NCBI GenBank assembly: GCA_963762145.1
Contig: CAVXJS010000021.1
Span: forward strand, 864,001 to 928,000
DNA: 64,000 nt
Source: an uncultured Candidatus Rokubacteria bacterium
GTDB taxonomy: Bacteria; Methylomirabilota; Methylomirabilia; Rokubacteriales; CSP1-6
Direction: 5' to 3'
Shown here: positions 28,471 through 36,386 of the stretch, piece after piece
Numbering within the stretch: position 1 is the first letter of the stretch
Layout of the letters: every line of letters starts with the position of its first letter
Position numbers and translations under genes: made by a program
Notes under the pieces: model-generated
Database searches by the model: none
What the model saw: the letters and a program-made list of their open reading frames with translations, nothing else
What the model was told of the DNA's origin: nothing

Positions 28471-28758
28471 TACCGCGCTACGTGCCCCCGTGTCTCAGTA
28501 AGATCGAACTGACGCCAAAGACGCGTAGAATGTCCGAACATCAGCCGGCCTGTGGAGTCAGCGGGGCCAACTGCGGATAGATGGCTTACGCGTTTGCAGA
28601 GTGATCCTTACCGGCTCGGGCGATTCGGATCCCCCGCAAAGGGACTAGCCGCGGGTGATTCGATCAGGCACGCTAGGGTGGCATACGCGAGCGGTTGGCG
28701 ACGGCCTAAGGGCACGATTCAGCTCCCAGCTTGATCCAGCTCCAGCTTAAGGACATTG

Positions 28759-29826
28759 ATGAAAGCGCCAAGAAGCGCGGCCCACCTTCAGCAGCAACTC
28801 TCGGAGCTCACAGCCTCGGGTGTCCTGACTGAAAGCGGCTTGGACGGGCGTTTGAGCTGTACGGCCTGCGCGCATCGGTGCGCGCTCCCGGATGGAGGCG
28901 CGGGCTTGTGTCGAGTTCGTCGGCGTGAGGGGTCCGAGCTACGAGTGCCGTTTGGTTATGTCGCGGCCTGGCGTGTCATGCCCGTGGAGCGCAACACCAT
29001 CTACCACTTGAAACCAGGCAGCCTCGGCCTGACCTTCGGGATGTTCGGGTGCGACCTGCGCTGTCCGTGGTGCAGTAACGCTGACATTTCCCAAGCGTTG
29101 CGGTCCGATGATCTCGTTCCGCCTCGCGTCGAGCGAATATCCGCGCCGGAGCTGGTCAGCCGGGCGCGGGCCGCAGGGTGCCGGATAGTCGTCAGTGCCT
29201 TCAACGAGCCCATGATCACCGCGGAATGGGCGTATGCCGTATTCTCCGAAGCTCGGCATCACGGGCTGGCGACCGCGGTGGTCTCGGACGGAAATACCAC
29301 TCCCGAGGCGCTGGCCTTCCTCCGCCCGGTCACCGATGTCTTCCGTCTCGACATTAAGGCGACGGAGGCGGCCCATTACCGCCTGGTTGGCGCAGTCCCC
29401 GACGCTCCATTGGCGGCCCTGCGCGAGGCGCGTCGGCTAGGATATTGGGTCGAGGCCGTTACCATGGTTGTACCGGGCGTGAATGACGGCCTCGAAGGTC
29501 TCGCGAAGCTGGCGGCCGACCTGGCTGCCATCGACCGAGATCTCCCGTGGCATTTGAACGGCTTCGTTCCCCGCTACCAGATGAAGGACCGGCCAGCTCT
29601 CTCAACGCGGGTCCTCGTAGCCGCCGCCCACCTCGCCTATGCGACCGGCCTCAGGTATGTCTACGTCGGAAACGTTGCGGATCGGCTCGTTGAGTTGTCT
29701 CACACGCGGTGTCCGGAGTGCCATCTGGAAGTCGTGCAGCGGGCGAACTACGCGACGAGAAGGATGACGCTTCGCAAAGGCCGATGCCCCCGCTGCGCCA
29801 CCGTGATACCCGGCCGGTGGGCGTGA
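28759..29826 (+). CDS. AmmeMemoRadiSam-type radical SAM enzyme (PflA-like)
   Basis: N-terminal CxxCxHxC..GLCRVR, radical SAM CDLRCPWC, NEP, YVYVGN, C-terminal CPEC...CPRC..IPGRW. Confidence 0.88.
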   Translation: MKAPRSAAHLQQQLSELTASGVLTESGLDGRLSCTACAHRCALPDGGAGLCRVRRREGSELRVPFGYVAAWRVMPVERNTIYHLKPGSLGLTFGMFGCDLRCPWCSNADISQALRSDDLVPPRVERISAPELVSRARAAGCRIVVSAFNEPMITAEWAYAVFSEARHHGLATAVVSDGNTTPEALAFLRPVTDVFRLDIKATEAAHYRLVGAVPDAPLAALREARRLGYWVEAVTMVVPGVNDGLEGLAKLAADLAAIDRDLPWHLNGFVPRYQMKDRPALSTRVLVAAAHLAYATGLRYVYVGNVADRLVELSHTRCPECHLEVVQRANYATRRMTLRKGRCPRCATVIPGRWA

Positions 29827-30148
29827 GCTTTGCTAGGCCAGCCAGATCACAGCCGCCGGAGAAAGCCCAACACGTCCGCCTAGTCGCGCGCGCCGAGCGC
29901 GGTCAGCTCGAGGGCGATGCGCCGGACGGCGCGGCCGGGCCCGCCCGCGGTGAGGCCGGCAAAGAGCAGGAACGAGCGCCGGTTGACGTCGTAGACCTGC
30001 CCCACGTCGAAGGCGGGCGTTTCCGAGCGCTCAACAGCAAGGGCTGTGAGTGGTATGCGCTGCTGCTAACCGGAGAGGTCACCCGGCTCGGGGCACGTGG
30101 CGGAGATGGGCCCTGCCGCAGGGGTCGGTAGCGCCCCACTCCGTACAC

Positions 30149-30163
30149 CGGCACGCTCTTTGC
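30149..30163 (+). promoter_or_regulatory. sigma54-type -24/-12 motif
   Basis: CGGCACGCTCTTTGC, 32 nt upstream of ATG 30195. Confidence 0.65.
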
Positions 30164-30194
30164 GATTTTGCGGGATGCAAGGAGGTTAGGCGCT

Positions 30195-30569
30195 ATGGCG
30201 GCGGATTCACGGGGGCGCAGAAATACCGGACTGAGGAGGTTCTGGCAGAACTACAACCTGAGCATCATCCTTTCCGCGCTCTTTTTCATTTCATGGGTTC
30301 TTCAGACCTGGGCGGGGTGGGTGAAATTCTCCGCCAACCAGGAGGAGCATCAGCAGGTCGCAGAGCTCTTCGGTCGCTCCGGCTATATCTTCGAGTGGCT
30401 GGCGGCCACCATGGAAAATTGGCAATCCGAGTTCCTCCAGCTCCTGACGTTTGTCGTGCTGACGGCCTCGTTCATCCATAAGGGCAGCCACGAGTCCAAG
30501 GACAGTGATGAAGAGCTGAAGGCGATGATCCGGCGCATCGAAGAACGGCTGGCCAAGATCAAATCATGA
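30195..30569 (+). CDS. DUF6766-like membrane protein
   Basis: ENWQSEFLQL...KGSHESK motif; AAGGAGG SD. Confidence 0.82.
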   Translation: MAADSRGRRNTGLRRFWQNYNLSIILSALFFISWVLQTWAGWVKFSANQEEHQQVAELFGRSGYIFEWLAATMENWQSEFLQLLTFVVLTASFIHKGSHESKDSDEELKAMIRRIEERLAKIKS

Positions 30570-30612
30570 ATCACGGCGGGAATTACCGGGTTGCGGTTAC
30601 CGGGAGGAAAGC

Positions 30613-31290
30613 GTGCGGTCTACCGTAACGCTGGATCCTGGGCCGGCGCTTGGCCGGCTACCGTATATCCCGGACCGGCCGGCGCCTGTCCGGCTGCCGG
30701 TAATGTTCCAGAACTGGTACCGTATATCGTTTCTGCACTGGCCCTGCGATCCCTCGCTGCTTCAGACGCGCCTGCCGGTCGGCTTGGCGATTGATACTCC
30801 AGCAGACGGCCTGGGTTGGCCTCACGCCGTTCCATCTTATGGGCCTGCGGCCGCCCTTCCTGCCGGCAATCTCGTGTGTGTCAGATCTTCCTAAGATGAA
30901 CCTCCGGATCCATGTGCGGGGGCCGTCCGGCCCCGGCATCTGGTTTTTTTCCCTCGATGCCGCGGCCGTGACGGCGGTGCTGGGGGCGCGCTTGACCTAT
31001 GGCCTGCCGTACTACCTGACCTATGGCCTGCCGTACCACTGGTCGCGCATGACGGTCCGCGCCACCGGAAGACGCCGGATACATCACACGAGTGCCAGGA
31101 CTGGAGCGGCGGCGAACATCACGGTTGACGCGGCGAAGCCCTCGCCGAGCCGGACGATCTCACGGTGTTCCTGACCGAGCGCTACCGGCTCTATACCAGC
31201 TTCCGGGGCCGGCTTGCGACGGCGCCAGTCGAGTATGAGCCGGGGCCCTTGCACCGTGCCGCCGTCGTCCGCTTCGAGTCAGCATTCACT
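30613..31290 (+). pseudogene. DUF2071/YqjF family pseudogene
   Basis: MFQNW..SFLHWP, AWVGLTPF, GIWFFSLDA and FLTERYRLY lie in three segments separated by frameshifts; internal 24-bp tandem duplication; 3' truncated. Confidence 0.82.
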
Positions 31291-31371
31291 GCCCTTACTG
31301 TGTGGTCAGGGCTCGCCATCATTTGAGGGCTGACGGCCAGATCTCCCAAAGTGCGGTGGGTGTCACTAACA

Positions 31372-31535
31372 TTCTCGATCTCGCCTGACCGGACGACGAA
31401 GAACTTGAAGTCGCGCTCTCCGACCCGGATGAGGGTCTGCCCGGCCCCGTATTGCTTGAGGGACGCCCCGGCGCAATGCCCCAGCGCGGCCATCTGGGCC
31501 TCGTCGAGCTTCGCGGCCGCAAACATCGAGTCCAT
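31372..31535 (-). pseudogene. cNMP-binding domain 5' fragment
   Basis: LDEAQMAAL...YGAGQTLIRVGERDFKFFVVRSGEIE, then homology is lost. Confidence 0.7.
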
Positions 31536-31562
31536 CGTGTCGTCCCTATGGGTAGGCGGATT

Positions 31563-31577
31563 GCATTCCGAATGCCA
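31563..31577 (-). promoter_or_regulatory. sigma54-type -24/-12 motif
   Basis: TGGCATTCGGAATGC upstream of ATG 31535. Confidence 0.5.
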
Positions 31578-31786
31578 AGATCATCAGAACCTCGGGTCCT
31601 CGGGTCAGCGACCCCGGCGCGAAACCACCAGCGTCACCTCAGATCGAGGGTCGCTCCTTTTGGTTCCATTCCGTTTCCAACACACGTCGACCGAGGAGGC
31701 TACAGGATGACGCGGGTCACGGCTGTTTGGTCTGATTGCCGGGGGTTACGTCGTGCTGCGTACTGTCGGGGGGCGCCTGATGTTGC

Positions 31787-31815
31787 TCAGTTGCTCTGCC
31801 ACTGAGCTACCCGGC
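31787..31815 (-). pseudogene. tRNA 5' half (tRNA-Thr-like), broken at the anticodon loop, copy 2
   Basis: GCCGGG-TA-GCTC-AGTGGCA-GAGC-A-ACTGA: canonical D-arm and anticodon 5' stem, no T-arm or 3' acceptor; extended -10 TGGTAGAGT upstream. Confidence 0.65.
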
Positions 31816-32333
31816 GTTCGTCCGTAGACTCTACCACTTCCTGCGCGTCCTGTCCTCGCTGTCCCACCTCTGGCACCCGTCACAGACGGTGGGTGCCGGC
31901 GGCTGGAACGTGAGACGATCGAACAGGTGCTCAGGGTGCCGGAAATCCGCTCAATCAGTGCCGTAACTTTTGCCACCCGCAACATGGGGCGAGCGGTCCG
32001 GTTCTACGAGGCACTCGGCTTCTCAATGGCCTACGGAGGCGAAACAGAGGCCTTCACATCGTTCAGGGTCGGGACGGAATCCCTGAATCTTGCGAGGGCC
32101 GATGATCCGTCGCCTTCGACGAATACAGTGCGCGTCATTTTCCACGTCGACGACGTTGACGCCATGTATGCGCACGTCCTGGCCCGGGGGTTCACGCCGG
32201 ATACGCCGCCCAGCGACGCGGCATGGGGCGAGCGCTACTTTCACCTGACCGACCCCGATGGCCACGCCCTTTCATTTGCCCGGCCGTTTCGGGGTGCTGA
32301 CGGATGATCAGGCGCTTCCGTATTTGGTAACAT
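31804..32333 (+). repeat. ~525-bp direct repeat, copy 2
   Basis: Near-identical to 21663..22184. Confidence 0.95.
31927..32307 (+). CDS. VOC/glyoxalase family protein
   Basis: RAVRFYEALGF, IFHVDDVDA, WGERYFHLTDPDGH. Confidence 0.9.
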   Translation: MLRVPEIRSISAVTFATRNMGRAVRFYEALGFSMAYGGETEAFTSFRVGTESLNLARADDPSPSTNTVRVIFHVDDVDAMYAHVLARGFTPDTPPSDAAWGERYFHLTDPDGHALSFARPFRGADG

Positions 32334-32502
32334 GCACACGGCGTAGCTCTTCAGCGTGCGTTGACCAGGGTAAGGCCCGCGTGCCGGATTCGCCTTCAGG
32401 CTCGCCACAAGGAATTCCTGGTGAGGATCGCGAAGCTGCTGCGTCGCCGCACAGGGAAGCCAGCTCGCGGAAGTGATGGCGAGTTGCTCCTTTGCAAGCG
32501 GT

Positions 32503-32748
32503 TCAGAGCCCGAGCTTGCTCATCCGCTCCAAGGTCAGTGTGACATTCGGGATCTCATGTTCCGTGTCGTGACGAAGCGCGGCGACCGCCTCTTCAATGC
32601 GTTCCGCCGGGATCGAAGCACCCCAGAGAAAGGCCCGGAGACCGTCCTCGGTCTTAATGCGAAACTCGCCATTGCCGGTCGGGACGAACATGACGTCATA
32701 CGTCTGGGCCGTTCGTCGAATCCAGATGCGGCCGATTCGGTGCGTCAC
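32503..32748 (-). CDS. Small hypothetical protein, paralog of 33446..33727
   Basis: GTG start; GLRAFL...IEEAVAAL...HEIPNVTLT...MSKLGL aligns with the paralog. Confidence 0.65.
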   Translation of the reverse strand: MTHRIGRIWIRRTAQTYDVMFVPTGNGEFRIKTEDGLRAFLWGASIPAERIEEAVAALRHDTEHEIPNVTLTLERMSKLGL

Positions 32749-32968
32749 CGCCCCAGTCCGCTCGCTACCCTGCTCGCCGGGCAAGGGGGCACGGGTCAAC
32801 GGGAATTCCGCGGACGCCGCGCGCGAGCGGCCTGCACAACCCACCCCAGAATAAGGCCGACGAGCACGAGGACGGCTCCGCTCAGAACGAGCGTGAGCGG
32901 GTTGGTCCACTCGTCAGCGATCATGGGGCCTTCGAGTCAGGCAGACGATGGGGCACTCGCGATCTGAG

Positions 32969-33109
32969 TTATCGCCACGCAATGCCCGTGCTCTGGCCCA
33001 TGGAATCGTGCAGGCGGGCCCGCTCGTCTGCGGTGGGGTGCGCGAGGATCACCCATATGAAGAGGACCGTCGCCGCCAGCAACAGCGCCAAGGTCTCAAC
33101 GAGTCGCAT
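32969..33109 (-). CDS. Small single-TM protein
   Basis: GAGG SD; MRLVETLALLLAATVLFIWVILAHP. Confidence 0.45.
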   Translation of the reverse strand: MRLVETLALLLAATVLFIWVILAHPTADERARLHDSMGQSTGIAWR

Positions 33110-33445
33110 GAGCGGCCCTCGCCATACCGCGCCGCGGGGGCGGCATCGCTGACCTTCGCACTCGCACACGCTCGGGGCGCTTGGTCCGAGGGCGTGTCCG
33201 GTCGTACCTGCCGTAGCGGTCGTAGCGCATCGTCCGGGTCCTCCAACGAGCCCAGGCCACTTACGAGCAAGGCGCGTTCCAGTGGGCGGCCGTGTGATTT
33301 ATCGCAGGTTTGCGTGACCGCGCGGCGTGGGGCGCGGGAGGTAACTACCGAGGTGCGGCAAGGGCGTCGTTAGGTCGGCTACCAGGCGCCTCTGAAAACG
33401 TTGCACGTGTTCAAGATCTGACGCGAAGGGGACGCGCAGTCCTGG

Positions 33446-33727
33446 CTAGAGCCCGAGCGCCTCCATCTGGGCGGGCGTGAGCCCTACGCGGGCGATGGAG
33501 TGGACTCGCCTCGTCGCGAGAGCTCGCCACGCGCGCTCGATCTCCGGAGTCGGGACACGCGCCCGGCGGAGGAATCCCGTGAGACGGTCCAGTCCATGGA
33601 CGGTCGCGTGCCGACTCCCAAGCCGGCCACCCACCGGCGCGAACGCGATGCGGTACTCGGCGATAACGGGATCGATGGGGCCGTCAACCCGGACAATGTG
33701 CAGGAATCCGGTGACCTCGCCGACCAT
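33446..33727 (-). CDS. Small hypothetical protein, paralog of 32503..32748
   Basis: RLTGFL...IERAWRAL...HSIARVGLT...MEALGL. Confidence 0.7.
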   Translation of the reverse strand: MVGEVTGFLHIVRVDGPIDPVIAEYRIAFAPVGGRLGSRHATVHGLDRLTGFLRRARVPTPEIERAWRALATRRVHSIARVGLTPAQMEALGL

Positions 33728-33802
33728 CGTGCCGATAATAGGAGACCCGGTGCTTCTGGCCAGCATGCAAGATGCTGAGCGCCAGGCAGGGGCGGCGAGG
33801 CA

Positions 33803-33860
33803 CCCGGCCATCGCCCGGAGCGGATGAGCCGCCCTCCAGAGGCTGCCCCTTCGGGCTCTA
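33803..33860 (-). repeat. Hairpin family element, copy 1
   Basis: GCCCGAAGGGGCAGCCTCTGGAGGGCGGCTCATCCGCTCCGGGCGATGGCCGGG. Confidence 0.6.
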
Positions 33861-34144
33861 CCACTCTGCGCGCACCACGCCGGACGCCTCCCTGATCCCC
33901 TCGCGTTCCGTGTAGCTCACCAGTAGCGCCGTACCGATGGCGTGATCGCAGTGTGTACCATACCGCCCGCGGTGGGAGCACACAAAGGCCCTCTGCCTTC
34001 TCCTCAGGGGGCGTAGCGCGCCGCGAGTATAGGCGGGTTGGGCGGGAGGCACAAGGTGGGCTGTCGTGGTGCCCGCCAGAGAGGAGCACCCGGTGTTACG
34101 TCGCCTTCCACTTCACCTTGGATCAGCGGGCGCGCGCCAAGCCG

Positions 34145-34199
34145 CCCGGCCAGCGCCCGAAGGAGCCGCCCTCTTGAGGCTGCCCCCTTCGGGTTCCTA
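34145..34199 (-). repeat. Hairpin family element, copy 2
   Basis: ACCCGAAGGGGGCAGCCTCAAGAGGGCGGCTCCTTCGGGCGCTGGCCGGG. Confidence 0.6.
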
Positions 34200-34555
34200 A
34201 CCTTGCATTCCGATTCTCTAACTTGACGTCTCGAAGCCTGCTAAGCCAGTTTGCGGGTGAAAAAGTCCTTCCTCTTGACGACACTTCCCGCGCGGGCATA
34301 AAGGGACCGTCCAGGAGGGCGCTCGCATCAGTCCAGGACGAAAGCGATAGAGCAGAAGATCCGTGAATTCGCCTCAAAGGCTCCCACGCTTCGCTTCTTG
34401 GATCTACCCGGGGGGAATGGGGACGTGCTCTCCGGGTAGGTTTGGTTCCGGATAGCTGACCCGCCAAGCGCAAAGACGCTCTCGCGTCCGAAACCATCGC
34501 GCATCCGTGAGCCTGCGGGCGGGAACGTGATTCGGGGAGGCGAGCGAGAGCGCCG

Positions 34556-34741
34556 CTACGTCAACGGGAACTGCTGCTCGTCTCCGAATCCCTCGGGCGG
34601 GTCAACGCGGGCGTCGTGCTTCACGTCCAAGGGGCCTAGCTGCGGATGGAGCCTGGCGGCTGACTTCGCGGCCCACTCGGACGAGCATTCCCACTCCCAA
34701 CCGCATGAACACGTCACGCGCCAAGAAGGTTTGGGCGGCAT
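34556..34741 (-). CDS. Small CxCGW...H putative metal-binding protein
   Basis: GGAGG SD; MPPKPSWRVTCSCGWEWECSSEWAAKSAARLH.....KH. Confidence 0.65.
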   Translation of the reverse strand: MPPKPSWRVTCSCGWEWECSSEWAAKSAARLHPQLGPLDVKHDARVDPPEGFGDEQQFPLT

Positions 34742-35107
34742 AGGTCCCTCCGTGGCCGCATCGTCTAGGCGTGACGCGATGGGACGACTCAACCTACACC
34801 CACGGGTGGTCCGGTCAAGGACGTTCTGCCAAGGTGGTTACTCGGCCCCCGAAGACGAATCGGTTCGCCCGCTACGCGCAAGATCACGCCGGTGAGGGCC
34901 GGTCAGTAGCTCGTCCGGTCTCGCTGCGCTGGCATCCTCTGCGAAGTCCACCGCGACTGCATCACCCTCGCCGTCCCGGCGGCAGTGACGTCTGAAGTCT
35001 CGCGCCCCGCTTGACCGTCAGGGTGACCGCGAGTCGAGCGAGCACCTAGCATCTTCGGGTATGCTCCCGGCCAGGACGCGCAATGCGAAGGAGGAACACA
35101 CCTAGCC

Positions 35108-35443
35108 ATGGGCGATGCCTTCGGCGTTCTGGGATTGATGGCGTTCCTCGTGCTTTCATTCGTTGCGGTGTGGGTGATCAGTGGAGCCGCAGAGCGTTAC
35201 CTAGGAGCCGCAGAGCGCTACCTAAGGCGCAAGTCCGATGCAGCACTGCCAGCGGCGTCGGGGAGCATCTGGGACGATCTCAAGGGCGCGGTGGGTGCGG
35301 TTGGCTCAACCGTCGGAGGGCTAGTCACTGGTCTCGTAGGATGCCTCGGCAGCTTAATCGGTTGCCTCGTTGCTCTCGTCCTCAGCCTCGTCGGACTGTT
35401 CTTCATGGTGTGGCTCGTGAAGCGGATGTTGGAAGCGGCGTGA
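35108..35443 (+). CDS. Hypothetical membrane protein
   Basis: GGAGG SD, hydrophobic segments, in-frame 21-bp tandem duplication at 35183-35224. Confidence 0.55.
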   Translation: MGDAFGVLGLMAFLVLSFVAVWVISGAAERYLGAAERYLRRKSDAALPAASGSIWDDLKGAVGAVGSTVGGLVTGLVGCLGSLIGCLVALVLSLVGLFFMVWLVKRMLEAA

Positions 35444-35537
35444 ACATTGGACGACCTTGGAGGAGAAGCGACGAGATGGAGATTAAGACCTCGTTGGGAT
35501 CGGCGGGGTTTGGATGAAGGAGGGCTTCGGCGGGGTG

Positions 35538-35663
35538 ATGACGCTCTTGAGTCCGTTCAACTTCGCCAGCTGGTTCGTGACCGCGTTGACGGTTGCACCA
35601 GGAATCGCCGCGCTGGTCTGGGCAGACAAGCTCGCTGTGCGTGGAAGAGGGAGGACGCGATGA
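35538..35663 (+). CDS. Small single-TM protein
   Basis: Hand translation MTLLSPFNFASWFVTALTVAPGIAALVWADKLAVRGRGRTR; the stop overlaps the next ATG. Confidence 0.35.
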   Translation: MTLLSPFNFASWFVTALTVAPGIAALVWADKLAVRGRGRTR

Positions 35664-35726
35664 TGAGACTGCCGAGGGTCGTGGCCGCGCTCACCCTCTG
35701 CGGCCTGCTCACTTCGCTTCCACCTA

Positions 35727-36386
35727 TCATCTCGGCTGACCGCCCGCCGGCTCCAGCGTGAAGGGGGTCGGCCAGGGACCGGTCACGTCCGGGACCCGGC
35801 GAATCGGGATGCGCTGGCGCGCGTCCTCCTGCCAGGCCGCGAAGGCCTTCGCGATCATCTCGGCGCGCAGGCGGTCGCGCGTGCTCGCCCGCGTGGCCGC
35901 GTCGTGCTGCCCCGGGCCGAGCGCTTCGTCCACGTCGAAGTCGGTGACGAAGGCGAAGGACCGGAAGCGGAGCTCCACGAAGCGGTCGACGCGGAGGTCC
36001 TCCTCGAAAAGACGCCGGGCCCACGCGGGGGCGATGCCGACCCGGGCCAGCCGGGCCGCGAAGGCCGCGCCGCCGGCCTGCTCCCACGCCCGGTCGACGT
36101 CGGCGGCCGGCACCTCGATGGCGAGCTGGGTGGCCTCGCGCAACGCGAGCTGGGCGTCCAGGTACTTCGCCAGCTCCGCGTCGGTGATCGGCGCGGTCGA
36201 CGGCTCGAGGCCCAGCACGCCCAGCGTCCGCGCGAGCGCCACGTCGCTCAGCGTGATCGCGCGCCCGGCGACTTCCGCGACCACCGTGTCCAGCAGCGTA
36301 CCCGCGTCTGGCCGGCGAGCGTCGACCGCCTCGCCGTCGGTGACCAGCGCGAGCAGGAGCACCACCGTCGCCCACCCGACGCGCAT
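35727..36386 (-). CDS. SurA N-terminal-like periplasmic chaperone
   Basis: Signal peptide; LLDTVVAEVAGRAITLSDV; no PPIase domain. Confidence 0.72.
   Translation of the reverse strand: MRVGWATVVLLLALVTDGEAVDARRPDAGTLLDTVVAEVAGRAITLSDVALARTLGVLGLEPSTAPITDAELAKYLDAQLALREATQLAIEVPAADVDRAWEQAGGAAFAARLARVGIAPAWARRLFEEDLRVDRFVELRFRSFAFVTDFDVDEALGPGQHDAATRASTRDRLRAEMIAKAFAAWQEDARQRIPIRRVPDVTGPWPTPFTLEPAGGQPR

Noticed and set aside
33790-34260. c-di-GMP-I (GEMM) riboswitch
   Set aside because: The 3' ends (GATGGCCGGGTGCC) resemble GEMM, but I could not find the GNRA-capped stem or consistent pairing. Kept only as an unassigned hairpin family; an Rfam scan would settle it.
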